Source of the DNA: Octopus sinensis
Taxonomy: Eukaryota
DNA: 64,000 nucleotides
Direction of reading: 5' to 3'
NCBI RefSeq assembly: GCF_006345805.1
Contig: NC_043002.1
Location: 107,942,001 to 108,006,000 of the forward strand
Shown here: positions 12,819-23,716 of the stretch, in pieces
Layout: each line of letters begins with the position of its first letter
Position numbering within the stretch: the stretch's first letter is position 1
Program-made: the position numbers and the translations under genes
Notes under the pieces: generated by a model
What the model saw: only the letters and a program-made list of their open reading frames with translations
Databases searched by the model: none
What the model was told of the DNA's origin: nothing

Positions 12819-13225
12819 AAGGCGGCAAGCTGGCAGAAACGTTAGCATGTCGGGTGAAATGCTTAGCGGTATTTCATCTGCTGTTACGTTCTGAGTTCAA
12901 ATTCCGCCAAGGTCGACTTTGCCTTTCATCCTTTCGGGGTCGATAAATTAAGTACCAGTTACGCACTGGGGTCGATGTAATCGACTTAATACCTGTGTCT
13001 GTCCCCTCTGTGTTTAGCCCCTTGTGGGTAATAAAGAAATAGGTATTTCATCTGCTGTTACGTTCTGAGTTCAAATTCCACCAAGGTCAACTTTGCCTTT
13101 CGTCCTTTCACGATCAATTAAATAAGTACCAGTTACGCACTGGGGTCGATATAATTGACATAATCCATTTGTCTGTCCTTGTTTGTCCCCTCTGTGTGTA
13201 GCCCCTTGTGGTCAGTAAAGAAATA
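12819..13225 (+). mobile_element. Family A tRNA-derived SINE, head plus two tandem body/tail units
   Basis: Head ggcggcaagctggcagaaacgttagc; after the tail aagaaata the sequence restarts at internal ggtatttcatctgc. Confidence 0.85.
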
Positions 13226-13384
13226 AGAAGATTAACAGAGAAACAGTGCCTGCCCCATGGCATATACTAGTATGGGGGAAAAAAACCCCATTAAATAACG
13301 GTGAAGATGATTGAAAGATTAGAAGAAATTAAGAGTGAGAGAGAGAGAGAGTGAGAATCAGAGAGAGCAAGATTGTACACTTAC

Positions 13385-13538
13385 ATGTAAGTCATGAAAA
13401 GCTTTCTGATAATTTATTTCATTAAGTTGGTTCATAATGATAGCTGGTGTAGTAAGAAAAAATAGAAGTACAGTAAGAACTGTGTTGATTAAGATCACTC
13501 GGAGCCACCAGTTCCACACAGGAATGGAGAGGTTTTCC
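13385..13538 (-). CDS. TMEM63: TMEM63 exon (ENLSIPVWNWWLRVILINTVLTVLLFFLTTPAIIMNQLNEINYQKAFHDLH)
   Basis: ctttctag acceptor and GTAAGT donor; 154 nt; WENLS and FFLTTPAII motifs. Confidence 0.97.
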
Positions 13539-13619
13539 CTAGAAAGAAAAAATAAACCAGGATTACATAAATACTAGGGAGGAGGCGGAGGTGTATAGCT
13601 CATGGAATCATTGTATAAC

Positions 13620-13935
13620 ATATGTGCAATCCATGCATTATCATCATTTTTGATCTTCATGTGTCTAACACATGTGGACATGCCTACAAAGTCAGTAAAC
13701 AACATGACTTTCGGAAACATTTTTTCACGCTCAGAGTTGCTGAAGCATGGAACAAACTGCCTGCGTCAGTTGTTGACTGCCATGACACTGCATCCTTTAA
13801 GGCCCTCATGCTTTCCGAAATCCTCCGAAACTACACCTGATTATACATACACTTTAGAGGAGTTGTAGTGCACCTGAGCACTGTACACAATGTTTTTATT
13901 ATTATTATTATTAATTATTATTATTATTATTATTT
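13620..13935 (+). mobile_element. CR1-type LINE 3' fragment
   Basis: ORF 13622..13840 GHAYKV...RKHFFTLRVAEAWNKLPASVV...SFK resembles the CR1 ORF2 C-terminus; followed by a (TTA)n tail. Confidence 0.75.
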
Positions 13936-14219
13936 AACATCCATTTTCCATGCTGGCATGGGTTGGACGGTTTGACAGGAGCTGCAGAGCTGCACCAGAA
14001 TCCAGAATCCATGTTTTGGCATGGTTTCTATGACCGGATGCCCTTCCTAATGCCAACCACTTTATATATTTTTTATCATATTCTCTGCTGATGAATGGGA
14101 AAATCCATTGGATTAATCCCGAAATTGTTCAATTCAGGGATAATGAATTAAAAAAAGATTCCATTAGTTTGCTTTCCTCATTTTCAACATGGCATGCATT
14201 TATACTGATGTATATTGTG

Positions 14220-14616
14220 CTAGCAGTATCGCCCGGCGTTGCTCGGGTTTGTAAGGGATATAACTATATAAGCATTTTTAGAGAGTTATAGCCAAAAAAT
14301 AGCAAAGAAATGCATTAAAAATGGAAAAAAATTATGGTAAATTTTTTTAAAAATCGTTAACTCATCGTAGACATTTTTAGAGAGTTACTTCCCTTATATA
14401 ATAGCGAAAAAATGCATTAAAATGGAAAAAAATGATGGTAAATTTTTTTTTTAATCGTAGACTCATCGTAGACGCGCACTAATACCCAGAAGGGCTCGAA
14501 ATGAATCACAACTATGAGATACCCGGTTTTGGTTAAACTGCACCGCAAAATGTGGGAGTAGTTAGGAATCTAAATCGTAGGAGACAGACACACAACTTGA
14601 CTTTTATATATAAAGA
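14220..14616 (-). mobile_element. Non-autonomous Helitron, second copy
   Basis: Same TC...hairpin-CTAG termini; one fewer internal unit than 6009-6503. Confidence 0.8.
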
Positions 14617-14781
14617 TGTGGTGATTGACGCTTAAAAGTCTATTTCTCAGCATATTGACATAGAATTTCTTTTCTTTTACCCTTATTTATAACTGTTTAT
14701 AATTTTCACCTTAAAAGGTATTTTAATATGCTGGCCACTTGATGAAATTTTTCAGAAAAAAATGTTATCCTATATTAAAAG

Positions 14782-14827
<46 letters not shown>

Positions 14828-14974
14828 AATTGAGATAGGGGTTGTAAATGCAACCCTCCATGGGATAACATATATCCAATATACTGCTAGTGAAGTACCC
14901 AACAAAGTTAATACATAAATGTTAAGGATTGCGGATGCAATCAATTCATTTACTGTATTATATGGGCAATCTTG

Positions 14975-15010
<36 letters not shown>

Positions 15011-15477
15011 TGATGGGCTTCTTTTAGTTTCCGTCTACCAAATCCACTCACAAGGCTTTGATTGGCCTGAGGCTATAGTAGAAGACACTTGCCCAAGGTG
15101 CCATGCAGTGGGACTGAACCCAGAACCATGTGGTTAGGAAGCAAGCTTCTTACCACACAGTCACTCCTGTGCCTATGATGTTTAATGTTCATATTTTGTC
15201 TGTAAGGAAAATGGTGGAATAGCAGAAATCTATAAAGAATTAGGCAGATACTATAAAATATTTAGCTTTGTTGTTCTGTATTATTAGGAAACAGAAACCA
15301 TTTTTGTCTTGCATCTCATTATATTTGATAAAATAAGTAATCTTCTCGAATCTGTAGGTTACAACTTTATTTGAAAAATATCATGTGAAACTCCAGATTT
15401 TTGGTATTTTTCCATAGATGAGCAATTAAGAGAATTTATAAACATAATACAGAAGAGATCACAATATATATGCTAGA

Positions 15478-15892
15478 AAGGCAGTGAGCTGGCAGAAATG
15501 TTAGCACGCCGGGCGAAATGCTTAGCGGTATTTCGTCTGCCGCTACGTTCTGAGTTCAAATTCCACCGAGGTCGACTTGGCCTTTCATCCTTTCGGGGTC
15601 GATTAAATAAGTACCAGTTACGCACTGGGGTCGATATAATCGACTTAATCCGTTTGTCTGTCCTTGTTCGTCCCCTCTGTGTTTAGCCCCTTGTGGGTAG
15701 TAAAGAAATAGGTATTTAGTCTATCTTTACATTCTGAGTTCAAATTCCGCCAAGGTTGACTTTACCTTTCATCCTTTCGGGGTCGATTAAGTAAATACCA
15801 GTTACGCACTGGGGTCAATGGCAGAAAGCTATAAAGAACTTTGTCTGTCCTTGTTTGTCCCCTATGTTTAGCCCCCTGTGGGCAATAAAGAA
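15478..15892 (+). mobile_element. Family A SINE, head plus two tandem body/tail units
   Basis: Same architecture as 12819-13225. Confidence 0.85.
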
Positions 15893-16036
15893 TTAAATAT
15901 ATGTGTCGGAAAGAGTTAAATTGTTACAAACGAAAGATGTAGAAATGAACAAAATTAATGATTTTACTGTTATAAAGTTTAAGCAATTTTGTACCTGATC
16001 AAAAAAGAAAAAGAAAGGACAAGTGTGTTTCCTTAC

Positions 16037-16162
16037 CAGTAAATGTTACCAGGTGAGGGTGCATAAGAGATCTCCCAATGGCCAACACCAATCTCTTCAC
16101 TAACACTAGATACAGCAGAATTATGGACTCCCTGGCAAACAGCTTGGAAATCTTGGTGTACT
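16037..16162 (-). CDS. TMEM63: TMEM63 exon (VHQDFQAVCQGVHNSAVSSVSEEIGVGHWEISYAPSPGNIYW)
   Basis: tttattag acceptor and GTAAGG donor; 126 nt; W...AP.P..I.W motif. Confidence 0.95.
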
Positions 16163-16987
16163 CTAATAAATATTAGAAACAAAAGAAGATATTAATTCAC
16201 AATTACTGAAACTTAATGCCACCTCTATCATGAAAAGTTTCCATCATCTTCATTAATTATTGTTAAAAAATTTAATTAAAATTCCTGATGAAAGCAACAA
16301 AATAATTGTTAAATATTACCTAATTTTCTTCAAAATGTTTTAATTAGCTGCAAATCTATACTCACCAATTGACATCTATGTAAACTTGGGTTGAGCAGTT
16401 TGACAAGAGCTGGCAAGCCGGAGGGCTGCACCAAGCTCCAATTGTCTGTTTTTGGCACGGTTTCTACGGCTGAATGCTCTTCCTAACGCCAACCACTTTA
16501 CAAAGTGTACTGGGTACTTTTAAATGGCACAGGTGCGGGTGCTATTTATGTGGCACAGTCATGGATGCTCTTCACGTGGTGCTGTAAGGGTGCTCTTCAC
16601 ATGACACTGGCACAGGTGCACTTTATGTGACACTAGTATTCATGCTCTTCACATGGCACAGGCACTCTTCATGTGACACCAGCATGTGTGTTCCTTTTGT
16701 GACACTGGCATGTGTGCTCTTCACATGGCATGGGCACAGGTGTTCTTCACATGGCACAGGTACGGGTGCTCTTCACGTGGCATGGGCATGCGTGCTCTTT
16801 ACGTGGCACGGGCATGCATGCTCTTCACGTGGCACCAACATGTGTGCTCTTCGTGTGACACCAACATCGGTGCTCTTCACGTGGTACGGGCATGTGTGCT
16901 CTTCATGTCGTGCCAGTACAGGTGGTTTTTACATGGCACTAGCACATATAAATAAGCTGAAAGACCAATCAATAATTTTTTCCCATA

Positions 16988-17295
16988 CTCTTTACTCTTT
17001 TACTTGTTTCAGTCATTTGACTGCGGCCATGCTGGAGCACCACCTTTAATCGAGCAACTCGATCCCGGGACTTATTCTTTGTAAGCCCAGTACTTATTCT
17101 ATCGGTCTCTTTTGCCGAACCGCTAAGTGACGGGGACGTAAACACACCAGCATCGGTTTCTTTCAGTTTCCGTCTACCAAATCCACTTACAAGCCCGAGG
17201 CTATAGTAGAAGACACTTGCCCAAGGTGCCACGCAGTGGGACTGAACCCAGAACCATGTGGTTGGTAAACAAGCTACTTACCACACAGCCACTCT
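16988..17295 (-). mobile_element. Family B SINE with internal deletion
   Basis: Reverse complement of the family B head and tail; central microsatellite part missing. Confidence 0.85.
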
Positions 17296-17574
17296 TGTGT
17301 ATGTATTGAAAATTTAGGTATCTTAGGATTAAACAAGTTTCTCAACATATACCAAACAAACCAGGTTATGACTAATTGCTCTCACAAAATCCAATGCCTA
17401 GCCTATGAAGAAGGCATCCTATTCTGTAGTTAGATTATTTGTTATGAGATCATCAATATTGCTCTTAGTCTGAAAGTCAGCAGTTTGTTGTGTAAGGTTT
17501 GAAAACAGGTCATGTGTTAAAACAATGAAACTCCTCCTCCTAATACTACTGTTTTTTTCTTTTTTATTCATTTA

Positions 17575-17943
17575 TTCTTTTATTTGTTTCAGTTATTTGA
17601 TTGTGACCATACTGGAGGACCACCTTTAGTTGAGTAAATCGACCCCAGGACTTATTCTTTGTAAGCCTAGTACTTATTCTATCAGTCTTTTTTTACTGAA
17701 CCGCTAAGTTACAGGGACGTAAACACACCAATATCGGTTGTCAAGCGATGGTGGGAGTGACAGACACAAACATATACATATATGATGGGCGTCTTTCAGT
17801 TTCCGTCTACCAAATCCAGACACTAGACTTCGGCCGGCCCGAGGCTACGGTAGAAAACATTTGCCCAAGGTGCCATACAGTGGGACTGAACCCGGAACCA
17901 TGTGGTTGGGAAGCAAGCTTCTTACCACACAGCCACTCCTTCC
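17575..17943 (-). mobile_element. Family B SINE
   Basis: Reverse complement of family B; head abuts the TA microsatellite. Confidence 0.8.
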
Positions 17944-18378
17944 CCTATATATATATATATACATATATATATACATATATATATATACATATATATACAT
18001 AGATATATACATATATATACATAGATATATACATATATATATACATAGATATATACATATATATATACATATATATACATATATATACATAGATATATAC
18101 ATATATATATTACATATATATACATAGATATATACATATATATATACATATATATACACATATATATACATATATTATACATATATATATACATATATAT
18201 ATACATATAATATCATATATATATACATATATATATACATATATACAATATAACATTATATACATATATATACATATATACCTATATATACATTATATAC
18301 ATATATATACATATATATACATATATATACATAATATATATATATATATACATATATATAATAATATATATACATATC

Positions 18379-18427
<49 letters not shown>

Positions 18428-18780
18428 ATATATATATACATATAATATACATATATATACATATATATATTACATAATATATACATATATATACATATAT
18501 AACATATATATACATATATATACATATATATACATATATATATATATATAAATCATTATATATATATATACATATATAATATATATATATACATATTATC
18601 TATATATATACATATAATATATATATTATAATAATATATATATACATATTATATACATATATATATACATATATATATACATATATTATACATATATATT
18701 ACATATATATTACATATATATACATTATATATATACATATATATATACATATATATATACATATATATATACATATATAC
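17944..18780. repeat. Long TA/CATATA microsatellite, left flank of the PLE palindrome
   Basis: Directly visible; the same motif in the same orientation resumes at 23745-23892. Confidence 0.95.
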
Positions 18781-18925
18781 AAAGAGCAATAAAGATTCAA
18801 GTTAATTTAAAAAAATTACTTGAATATGGTACCTAACTTAGATGCACCAAAAAAAACTATACTGATTTAACAATACAGTAATGTGGGGTGATTATAAGCG
18901 AGAAAGAAGCAACAAGAATGGATAG

Positions 18926-19019
18926 GTTTTAGTACGATCGTTTCATACAAGGACAGGTTTTATTAAAAGTTGCAAAGATTACAGCATATAAACAAGTCCC
19001 GTACTCATCAGCTAAAATA
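18926..19019 (-). ncRNA. Type I hammerhead ribozyme, left arm (sense in TMEM63 pre-mRNA)
   Basis: Reverse complement reads gtatttagCTGATGAgtacgggacttg...gtccttgtatGAAAcgatcGTActaaaac; predicted cleavage between 18933 and 18932. Confidence 0.85.
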
Positions 19020-20408
19020 CATGTAAGTTCTCTAGACATCCTAGTGTTTGAGGCTATACTCATGAAGTAATGTAGATAATTAAACAGATTTCTAAAGTTC
19101 ATTAAAGTTCTTTAAAGATGATGTATAGTCTTATCACAGAATTTTAAAAAAGTTTTGATAGCATCACAGAGAAGGTGACCTAATCCATATGAATTTCCAT
19201 AGATATGATGAGGGATTATATACTCACAGAAGACAAATTTATCCATTGTTATTAGCATTACAGAGAGGGTGAATTAATCCTTGTATATATGCACAGATTC
19301 CAATGGTGTAGATGTAAATTTCCAGAGAAATGGAGATGAATTTCATATTCACAGGCGATAAATTTTACAATGGTTGAACACAATGAGGTAGGTACCAATC
19401 CTTGTTATATGATTAGGTGTTTGCCATATTAATCACATTACTGCTATTCACAAGAGGCTGTAGCTATTTAACTCTTAAAGGTTGAAGGGCTTACTAGATC
19501 GGCCAAGAATAGAGAAGGGAATAGAAGAAAAGAGAGAAAATAATGGAGGAGGGAGCAAAAAAGGGGGGGGAAAGGGGGACTAAAAGAGAAGAGAAAAGGA
19601 AACAGAGAATAAGAAGAAGAAAAAGAAGAAAGAGAAAAGAGAAAGAAATAGGGAAAGAAGGGAAAAAAGAAAAAGAAAAAAGAGGGTTCTAGTTATACAG
19701 AAGAGCTAGTAGACTGTAAGTCTGGTTTTAATCAACAGGCCTCTAGGAACTGGAGGGGAATGTTATTCTTTGACCAGTAAACCGTTAATTTATTGCTGTT
19801 GAAATCAGCTATGAGTTTAAAGAGAATCTAAAGAGATAACACAGTCAGGGGTTAAGGGGTCAGATGCTAAAATCACCAGAAAATACATTAGGAAAATCTA
19901 AGTATAATCTTATCAAAAAGTCATTAAAAATTTACTTATTTAATTTATTCATTTTATTGTCTTAAGGAGTTGTCGTTATTATTCATACATTGACCGACTA
20001 CATGTCAAATCTTATAAGATCATTTACAAGGTGTTAGGGGATTGTCTATCCTAATGAAGATAATCATATTATCACCGAGGGAATAGCCTTATTTATTTAA
20101 TTATGAAATAGAATTATGGGGCTACAGTAACTAATTATAATTATTAGAGTTATGCTATTTAAATTAGATTAAGTTAGGAATTAAAATTAAATATTACAAT
20201 TAAGATTTAAAATTAAGAATTTAAAAATTGTGAGTTTGAAATTAAATAAAGCCTCAATTAAGTAGCGAATAAGTACTATTCATTTCCCTGTTCTCAAAAA
20301 ACTGATGTAGATATAAGGAAAAAGATAAAGATAACTGTAATGTGAGAACTCTTAGTTATCTACTTAAAGCAGTGCTATACTAGTAGAAATCAAGTTATAT
20401 CTATCTAT

Positions 20409-20852
20409 CTAGTTATGAATATTCCAATCATTTAAAATATTTAAAGTCTTCAATTTAGCGTGGACACAAACTTGACCTAGTTCGATATGGTTATTCAATA
20501 AGTTTCTATGTTTACTATGCTTTAGAATTTCGTACGTCTCCATGGAGCATAGTTGACAACCAACCCTACTATTTTTATACGGAATTGCTCTCCTAACTAT
20601 TTCCCAATTAAGGGTATAATTTTTGTTATTATTTTTGAGTTCCCAGATTTTGTTTGAAAGTGTGGTGGTACCAGCTTTATGACGTAATTTAAAAGTCGAG
20701 ATGTGATTTCTAACTCTGGCTAAAAAATTAATTGTACAGCCAATGTAAAAATATTTGTTATTCTCCGTGGATATGGTACATTTATAGATTACATTATTTT
20801 CCCTACATAGACCAGGTGCCGGGCATTTTGATTTTATTCTACACTTACACAC
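20409..20852 (-). CDS. PLE-type GIY-YIG endonuclease domain, left arm (open; upstream Asn-rich frame continues with frameshifts to about 21322)
   Basis: CKCRIKSKCP..GLC...VIYKC...YIG....F..R..NH..TF......TTLS.KIW.LK...W.I....Y.....CQLC..E...LLN...EL...C.H pattern, matching GIY-YIG domains of Penelope-like retroelements; ends in TAG. Confidence 0.88.
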   Translation of the reverse strand: MCKCRIKSKCPAPGLCRENNVIYKCTISTENNKYFYIGCTINFLARVRNHISTFKLRHKAGTTTLSNKIWELKNNNKNYTLNWEIVRRAIPYKNSRVGCQLCSMETYEILKHSKHRNLLNNHIELGQVCVHAKLKTLNILNDWNIHN

Positions 20853-21672
20853 AGGAGGAACAACTTCAGGCCTTGGATTATTCCTGGGTAGATGTTTAAG
20901 GTTCCTATTATTTTGATTATCATTTCTATAGTTGGTACTGATATCTAAAGTATTGTTATTATTTATTGATCCTTCCGTTTCATCATTTAGGTGTAAAGTC
21001 CTACCAAGATTCTTATATTATTCGTAATGTTATTATTATTGTTAGTTTTTATCCAACTGTATATTATTGTTATAGATATCACTGATATTTTCATTCTCCT
21101 TATTTTCTCCATTAGCCTTATTTCTATTATTTCTATTATTAACAATATTACTTCTATTAATATCGGCATTGTTATTATTACTATTATGTTAATGTTATTA
21201 GTCATTCTGTGGTTACTAATTTCACCTATGTTTTGATAGTTCCTATTGCTGTTTTTATTGTTGGTAGTATTATTGTTATTGCTATTGGTATTCATTCTGA
21301 TATTACTATTTTTATTTCTATAGAAATTTTTATAGAAATAAAAAATAGTAATATCAGAATGAATACCAATAGCAATAACAATAATACTACCAACAATATA
21401 AAACAGCATAGGAACTATCAAAACATAGGTGAAATTAGTAACCACAGAATGACTAATAACATTAACATTAATAGTAATAATAACAATGCCGATATTAATA
21501 GAAGTAATATGTTAATAATAGAAATAATAGAAATAAGGCTAATGGAGAGAAAATAAGGAGAATGAAAATATCAGTGATATCTATAACAATAATATACAGT
21601 TGGATAAAAAGACTAACAATAATAATAACATTACGAATAATATAAGAAATCTTGGTAGGACTTTACACCTAA

Positions 21673-22250
21673 ATGATTGAAACGGAAGGATCAATAAATA
21701 ATAACAATACTTTAGATATCAGTACCAACTATAGAAATGATAATCAAAATAATAGGAACCTTAAACATCTACCCAGGAATAATCCAAGGCCTGAAGTTGT
21801 TCCTCCTGTGTGTAAGTGTAGAATAAAATCAAAATGCCCGGCACTGGTCTATGTAGGGAAAATAATGTAATCTATAAATGTACCATATCCACGGAGAATA
21901 ACAAATATTTTTACATTGGCTGTACAATTAATTTTTTAGCCAGAGTTAGAAATCACATCTCGACTTTTAAATTACGTCATAAAGCTGGTACCACCACACT
22001 TTCAAACAAAAATCTGGGAACTCAAAAATAATACAAAAATTATACCCTTAATTGGGAAATAGTTAGGAGAGCAATTCCGTATAAAAATAGTAGGGTTGGT
22101 TGTCAACTATGCTCCATGGAGACGTACGAAATTCTAAAGCATAGTAAACATAGAAACTTATTGAATAACCATATCGAACTAGGTCAAGTTTGTGTCCACG
22201 CTAAATTGAAGACTTTAAAAATTTTAAATGATTGGAATATTCATAACTAG
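21673..22250 (+). pseudogene. PLE-type GIY-YIG endonuclease domain, right arm, with 1-nt indels
   Basis: Reverse complement of the left-arm ORF; 1-nt indels near 21844, 22010 and 22033 split it into supplied ORFs 21673..21870 and 21834..22031; TAG at 22248-22250. The indels may be consensus errors. Confidence 0.8.
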
Positions 22251-23621
22251 ATAGATAGATATAACTTGATTTCTACTAGTATAGCACTGCTTTAAGTAGA
22301 TAACTAAGAGTTCTCACATTACAGTTATCTTTCTTTTTCCTTATATCTACATCAGTTTTTTGAGAACAGGGAAATGAATAGTACTTATTCGCTACTTAAT
22401 TGAGGCTTTATTTAATTTCAAACTCACAATTTTAAATTCTTAATTTTAAATCTTAATTGTAATATTTAATTTTAATTCCTAACTTAATCTAATTTAAATA
22501 GCATAACTCTAATAAATTATAATTAGTTACTGTAGCCCCATAATTCTATTTCATAATTAAAAATAAGGCTATTCCTCGGTGATAATATGATTATCTTCAT
22601 TAGGATAGACAATCCCCTAACACCTTGTAAATGATCTTATAAGATTTGACATGTAGTCGGTCAATGTATGAATAATAACGACAACTCCTTAAGACAATAA
22701 AATGAATAAATTAAATAAGTAAATTTAATGACTTTTTGATAAGATTATACTTAGATTTTCCTAATGTATTTTCTGGTGATTTTAGCATCTGACCCCTTAA
22801 CCCCTGACTGTGTTATCTCTTTAGATTCTCTTTAAACTCATAGCTGATTTCAACAGCAATAAATTAACGGTTTACTGGTCAAAGAATAACATTCCCCTCC
22901 AGTTCTAGAGGCCTGTTGATTAAACCAGACTTACAGTCTACTAGCTCTTCTGTATAACTAGGAACCCTCTTTTTCTTTTTCTTTTTTTCCCTTCTTTCCC
23001 TATTTCTTTCTCTTTCTCTTTCTTCTTTTCTTCTTCTTATTCTCTGTTTCTTTTCTCTTCTCTTTAGTCCCCCTTTCCCCCCCCTTTTTTGCTCCCTCCT
23101 CCATTATTTTCTCTCTTTTCTTCTATTCCCTTCTCTATTCTTGGCCGATCTAGTAAGCCCTTCAACCTTAAGAGTTAAATAGCTACAGCCTCTTGTGAAT
23201 AGCAGTAATGTGATTAATATGGCAAACACCTAATCATATAACAAGGATTGGTACCTACCTCATTGTGTTCAACCATTGTAAAATTATCGCCTGTGAATAT
23301 GAAATTCATCTCCATTTCTCTGGAAATTTACATCTACACCATTGGAATCTGTGCATATATACAAAGGATAATTCACCCTCTTGTAATGCTAAACAATGGA
23401 TAAATTTGTCTTCTGTGAGTATATAATCCCTCATCATATCTATGGAAATTCATATGGATTAGGTCACCTTCTCTGTGATGCTATCAAACTTTTTTTAAAA
23501 TTCTGTGATAAGACTATACATCATCTTTAAAGAACTTTAATGAACTTTAGAAATCTGTTTAATTATCTACATTACTTCATGAGTATAGCCTCAAACACTA
23601 GGATGTCTAGAGAACTTACAT

Positions 23622-23716
23622 GTATTTAGCTGATGAGTACGGGACTCGTTTATATGCTGTAATCTTTGCAACTTTTAATAAAACCTGTCCTTGTATGAAA
23701 CGATCGTACTAAAAAC
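23622..23716 (+). ncRNA. Type I hammerhead ribozyme, right arm
   Basis: Stem I UUUAG 23625-29 pairs with CUAAA 23709-13; core CUGAUGA 23630-36; stem II GUACGGGAC/GUCCUUGUAU; GAAA 23697-700; palindromic stem III ACGAUCGU; predicted GUA cleavage after 23708. Confidence 0.85.

Noticed and set aside
17845-18525. Y/I/M/C-rich ORFs (also 47768-48435, 49116-49491 and 49725-50584)
   Set aside because: They are translations of TA/CA microsatellites.
20409-22250. Selenoprotein-type (UGA-recoded) PLE endonuclease, or a bacterial/organellar homing endonuclease acquired horizontally
   Set aside because: There is no in-frame TGA and the ORF ends in TAG. The Cys/His pattern and linked hammerhead fit a PLE rather than an intron homing endonuclease.
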